Assembly: GCA_943358395.1 (NCBI GenBank)
Contig: CALRGY010000003.1
Span: 1 to 57,930, forward strand
Reading direction: 5' to 3'
DNA from: Candidatus Uhrbacteria bacterium
GTDB lineage: Bacteria > Patescibacteriota > Patescibacteriia > UBA9934
DNA length: 57,930 nt
A model generated the notes under the pieces. The model saw only the letters and a program-made list of their open reading frames with translations. It made no database searches and was not told the origin of the DNA. The position numbers were made by a program, and so were the translations under genes. Shown here piece by piece: positions 54,104 through 57,930 of the stretch (position 1 is its first letter; each line of letters begins with the position of its first letter).

Positions 54104-54736
54104 TTAGGCGCTAAACGTTTGAATCATTGACGCGATAGCGGCCTGTGATGCAACGATGGTTCGGTACTTTGCAGCATCACGAACGTTCAAGCTCTGGGCA
54201 TGAATCGTCACAGTCTTTGGCAAGTTCTTTGCCGCGCGCTTCATGAGAATGTCGTCTGCAGTCACCACAATAAGCGCAGAACCCCGAGCACCAGGAAGTG
54301 CTGCACGCATTTGTGCAACGAACTTTGTTTTTGCTTCTGGGAAACCGAAGTCTTCCACCGCAATAAACGCACCATCCTGAAGTTTGTCGGTTAATACCAT
54401 CGCAAGCGCCGTACGCTTCGTCTTCTTATTGAGCTTTACTGAGAAATTACGCTCAGCGAGTGGCCCATGCGTAACACCTCCACCAACCCAAATTGGTGAA
54501 CGAGATGATCCGTGACGTGCACGACCGGTTCCCTTCTGTTTCCATGGCTTCTTTCCACCACCAGAAACCTGACTACGATCCTTCGTGTGTGCTAATACCA
54601 CACGAGCGTTTGCTTCTTGCGCGACAATAACGCTGTGAATAAGATTGCTATTTGGTTGCACAGCGAACAATGCATCTGGCAACGTGACCGTTCCAGCATC
54701 TGTACCTTTCCAATTGTAGAGTTTTACTTGAGCCAT
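54104..54736 (-). CDS. rplD: 50S ribosomal protein L4
   Basis: VSGGGKKPWKQKGTGRARHGS.RSP.W.GGG. Confidence 0.98.
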   Translation of the reverse strand: MAQVKLYNWKGTDAGTVTLPDALFAVQPNSNLIHSVIVAQEANARVVLAHTKDRSQVSGGGKKPWKQKGTGRARHGSSRSPIWVGGGVTHGPLAERNFSVKLNKKTKRTALAMVLTDKLQDGAFIAVEDFGFPEAKTKFVAQMRAALPGARGSALIVVTADDILMKRAAKNLPKTVTIHAQSLNVRDAAKYRTIVASQAAIASMIQTFSA

Positions 54737-55347
54737 ACATTTCCTTCAGTTGCGAGAATAGTAACCAGACTTCCACGGCTCCCAGGAACTGCACCCTTAA
54801 TTCCGATAATGTTCTTCTCCGTATCAATCGTCATCACCTCAAGGTTCTTGACCGTTACACGATCGCTACCCATACGTCCGGCCATGCGCATTCCCTTGAA
54901 CACGCGTTGAATGCCACCGGCACCAATGGAACCTGACTTACGCTCTTGGTCTTTGTGACCGTGCGTACGTGGGTGACCATGGAATCCGTGGCGTTTCACA
55001 ACACCTTGGAAACCGCGACCCTTCGAGGTGCCAACGATGTTTACCGTGTCACCAATGGCGAAAGCCGAAACAGTGATAGCGGTACCGCGTTCAGCAGCTT
55101 CACCGTCTGCAAGAGGAAACTCTCGCAACGTTCGAAATGTACCAAGATCTCCGGTTACTCCAGCTTCCGCCTTCGTAACATTCGTGGTTTTGTCGAAACC
55201 GACAACCATGACAGAACGACCGTGCACATCACTACGAACTGCGACGACTGCCGAAGGCTCTGCCTCAATAAGCGTCACTGGCACAACCGACCCATCTGGT
55301 CGGAAGACCTGTGTCATGGCGATTTTCTTTCCGAGAAGAACTTTCAT
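54724..55347 (-). CDS. rplC: 50S ribosomal protein L3
   Basis: GKKIAMTQ, SKGRGFQGVVKRHGF, GMRMAGRMG, KGAVPG. Confidence 0.98.
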   Translation of the reverse strand: MKVLLGKKIAMTQVFRPDGSVVPVTLIEAEPSAVVAVRSDVHGRSVMVVGFDKTTNVTKAEAGVTGDLGTFRTLREFPLADGEAAERGTAITVSAFAIGDTVNIVGTSKGRGFQGVVKRHGFHGHPRTHGHKDQERKSGSIGAGGIQRVFKGMRMAGRMGSDRVTVKNLEVMTIDTEKNIIGIKGAVPGSRGSLVTILATEGNVWLK

Positions 55348-55406
55348 AGAATCTTTCGTTCATGCGCAAGGCAGAGGAACGGTATTAAGTAAGGGCTCTT
55401 TGAACG

Positions 55407-55443
55407 AAAAAACTAGAAGTATCCATAAAAGGATTGCTTCTAG
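55407..55443 (-). terminator. Terminator-like hairpin between rpsJ and rplC
   Basis: Minus strand CTAGAAG-CA-ATCC-TTTTAT-GGAT-A-CTTCTAG followed by TTTTTT. Confidence 0.55.
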
Positions 55444-55662
55444 CCCAAAACAACAGCCGAACGAAATTGCACAAAAAAGTGCAAATGTGTTGATTGAGTT
55501 TTTTTATCGGTGAAAAGAGATCTCCTAAACTCCTCACGAAGCATCAAGAAGGTTTTTCGCAAGCGAATCTTTCTTCTCGGTTCAATATTGGAGTACTTGC
55601 AGTGGAAACTGCGATGAAATCGCCTTCGAAAGATGATCTCGTCGCAGTCCCCACTACGTAAA

Positions 55663-55998
55663 TTACATTTTGATTTCGATGTCGACACCGGCCGGAAGGT
55701 TCAAGCTCATAAGCGCGTCGATTGTTCGCTCTGTTGGGCTCACAATGTCGATCAAGCGCTTGTGCACACGCATTTCGTACTGATCGCGAGACTGTTTGTC
55801 GATGAACGTTGAACGGTTCACCGTGAAACGACGAATCTCGGTAGGCAATGGCACTGGGCCAATAACTTCCGCTCCACTACGCTCAGCCGTCTTAATGATG
55901 GTCTGTGTTGCGGCGTCGATCACTTTATGATCGTAGGCACGAATCTTGATGCGAATGCGTTGTTTTACGTCTTCTTTTGTTTTTGCGACATCGGTCAT
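55663..55998 (-). CDS. rpsJ: 30S ribosomal protein S10
   Basis: [34 protein letters not shown]. Confidence 0.98.
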   Translation of the reverse strand: MTDVAKTKEDVKQRIRIKIRAYDHKVIDAATQTIIKTAERSGAEVIGPVPLPTEIRRFTVNRSTFIDKQSRDQYEMRVHKRLIDIVSPTERTIDALMSLNLPAGVDIEIKM

Positions 55999-56071
55999 AG
56001 TGAAAAGGGCGATTGCTGAAACAGAGGAAGGCAGACGTTTTACGTTCTGCCTTCATGTTCTTTTTCAAGAA

Positions 56072-57259
56072 TTATTCAAGAATTTTTACCACGATACCTG
56101 CACCAACCGTTCTACCACCCTCACGGATAGCAAAGCGCATCTTTTCTTCAAGTGCGACTGGGTTGATAAGAGTAACAATACCGTTAACTTTGTCTCCTGG
56201 CATCACCATTTCTGTGCCTTCTGGAAGAGTAATTTCACCGGTAACATCCGTTGTACGGATGTAAAACTGTGGCTTGTAGCCCTTGAAGAATGGCTTGTGA
56301 CGACCGCCTTCTTCCTTGGTCAAGGCGTAAATTTCAGCCTCAAACTTGGTGTGCGGCTTCACAGAACCTGGCTTTGCAAGCACCTGACCACGCTCAACGT
56401 CTTCCTTCTTCACACCGCGGAGAAGAATACCAGCGTTATCGCCAGCCATACCTTTGTCCAACGACTTGTTGAACATTTCAATACCAGTCACCGTCGACTT
56501 GACGGTATCCTTGATACCAACAATTTCAACTTCATCACCCACGTTACAAATACCACGCTCGATACGACCAGTCACCACAGTTCCACGTCCTTCAATAGAG
56601 AAGACATCTTCTACTGGCAAAAGGAACGGCTTGTCGAGGTCGCGAACTGGCTGTGGAATGTAGCTATCCAATGCTGCGAGTAAATCGCGAATTGGCTGTG
56701 CGCCAGGACCAGTTGGATCTTCGAGTGCCTTCACGGAAGAACCGCGAACCACTGGAACGTCGTCGCCAGGGAAATCGTACTTCTTCAACAAATCGCGAAC
56801 TTCTTGCTCAACAAGGTCAATCAACTCTGGATCGTCAACCATGTCAACCTTGTTCAAGTAAACAAGGATAGAAGGAACACCAACCTGTTTTGCGAGCAAA
56901 ATGTGCTCGCGTGTTTGTGGCATTGGACCATCTGCTGCAGAAACAACGAGAATTGCGCCGTCCATCTGGGCAGCACCAGTAATCATGTTCTTCACGTAGT
57001 CTGCGTGCCCTGGACAGTCCACGTGTGCATAGTGACGGTTTGCCGTCTCATATTCACAGTGTGCCGTCGAAATGGTGATACCACGTGCCTTGGATTCTGG
57101 CGCCTTGTCGAGGTCATTAATACCCTTTGTTTGCGCTTTGTTTCCCATTGCAGCGGCTACAGCAAGAATTGCTGCAGTTGTGGTGGTCTTGCCGTGGTCG
57201 ACGTGACCGATTGTTCCAACGTTCACGTGCGGCTTTGTGCGGTCAAACTGTTCTGCCAT
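56072..57259 (-). CDS. tuf: Elongation factor Tu
   Basis: [48 protein letters not shown]. Confidence 0.99.
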   Translation of the reverse strand: MAEQFDRTKPHVNVGTIGHVDHGKTTTTAAILAVAAAMGNKAQTKGINDLDKAPESKARGITISTAHCEYETANRHYAHVDCPGHADYVKNMITGAAQMDGAILVVSAADGPMPQTREHILLAKQVGVPSILVYLNKVDMVDDPELIDLVEQEVRDLLKKYDFPGDDVPVVRGSSVKALEDPTGPGAQPIRDLLAALDSYIPQPVRDLDKPFLLPVEDVFSIEGRGTVVTGRIERGICNVGDEVEIVGIKDTVKSTVTGIEMFNKSLDKGMAGDNAGILLRGVKKEDVERGQVLAKPGSVKPHTKFEAEIYALTKEEGGRHKPFFKGYKPQFYIRTTDVTGEITLPEGTEMVMPGDKVNGIVTLINPVALEEKMRFAIREGGRTVGAGIVVKILE

Positions 57260-57336
57260 ACGAAGAAATTAGGCGGGCATTCCGTGTGCGGAATACTCAG
57301 CGAATGAGTCAAAGTTTCAAAAAAGAATGTGGCGAG

Positions 57337-57365
57337 AGTGTAGCAAAACCAGGAAAATCACGCAA
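57337..57365 (-). promoter_or_regulatory. Putative tuf promoter
   Basis: TTGCGT-17 nt-TACACT with extended TG. Confidence 0.6.
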
Positions 57366-57385
57366 GTTCGCTTATGCACGGCACG

Positions 57386-57898
57386 CTAATCAATTCGCTC
57401 CAAATAAAACTGTTCTTCACCGCCATCCGTCTGAACCGCCTTCTTTCGCTCAACTTCCTTCAACTTTTCCTGCATTTCTGCCTCCTTTGCGGCCGTTGGC
57501 GCTTTCCAGAGATCAATCAACGCCACCTCATCAATCTCCGCCTCATCATCAAAGGCTTCACCAGCAGCCTCATTCATGATCCCCACACCGATCTCATCAC
57601 CGATTTCAATCATCGATTCAGCCTCTTCTTCCTCAAAGTCACCCTCAACCTTGAACCGATTCTCCTGAACCCCCTCGTTCCACATTCCCCTTCCACCTTC
57701 GTAAAAGCTCCGATTCTCCCCTTCCTCAGAAGCCTCAGCAACAGAAGACGGCCCAAAGGCCTCGTCAATCAGCGATTCATACTCCTCCAACGGCAAAATC
57801 ACCATCGGCTCCCCTCCCCCAGCCTCATCCGTCACAATCAGCCGATCCCCCGTTCTCCGTGCCAACCGCAACAATCGTGGAATGTGGTTCGTTGCCAT
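57386..57898 (-). CDS. Acidic hypothetical protein with Phd/YefM-like N-terminal domain
   Basis: RLLRLARRTGDRLIVTDEAGGGEPMVILPLEEYESL resembles the YefM ILIT..GE..VLMSLEEYNSL segment; Glu-rich tail ending EEQFYLERID. Confidence 0.65.
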   Translation of the reverse strand: MATNHIPRLLRLARRTGDRLIVTDEAGGGEPMVILPLEEYESLIDEAFGPSSVAEASEEGENRSFYEGGRGMWNEGVQENRFKVEGDFEEEEAESMIEIGDEIGVGIMNEAAGEAFDDEAEIDEVALIDLWKAPTAAKEAEMQEKLKEVERKKAVQTDGGEEQFYLERID

Positions 57899-57930
57899 AT
57901 ACCAGCATCTTAAGAAGAGAAGAGGGAAAG

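Noticed and set aside
1-57930. Alternative genetic code 25 (TGA = Gly)
   Set aside because: Conserved genes are full length under code 11 and several end in TGA with ATGA overlaps.

Overview
57.9 kb of bacterial chromosome. Gene content points to Patescibacteria/CPR, probably an ABY1 lineage such as Uhrbacteria (inference from missing rpmD/L30 in the spc operon, CPR-type pilin-fusion surface proteins, few Shine-Dalgarno motifs and genetic code 11). Most genes are on the minus strand. The housekeeping content is tuf, rpsJ, the S10/spc ribosomal cluster through secY-adk-map, ruvX, recO, asnS, aspS, scpAB, an S11 peptidase, an LCP protein, der, pth, lepB, hisS, rpsU, yqeY, hflX, ybeY, dgkA, ftsA, ftsZ, nrdR, pyk and four tRNAs. 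The accessory content is a cell-surface locus with a 3178-aa VirB2-pilin-anchored, vWA-tipped giant protein, a second pilin-Ig protein and three TSP3-repeat proteins. It also includes a GC-rich lipoprotein, a tandem cupredoxin pair and a protein with a HicA-like C-terminus. The strongest non-coding signals are (1) a T-box riboswitch upstream of asnS-aspS with miniaturised candidate specifier hairpins (GAC and AAC), whose stem III position is occupied by a dispersed repeat; (2) seven covarying ~125-bp rod-shaped palindromic repeats, two abutting tRNA 5' ends; and (3) a short C/G-run REP-like family, with one copy in frame inside a gene and two carrying a nested second element. All calls come from manual reading; no database searches were run.
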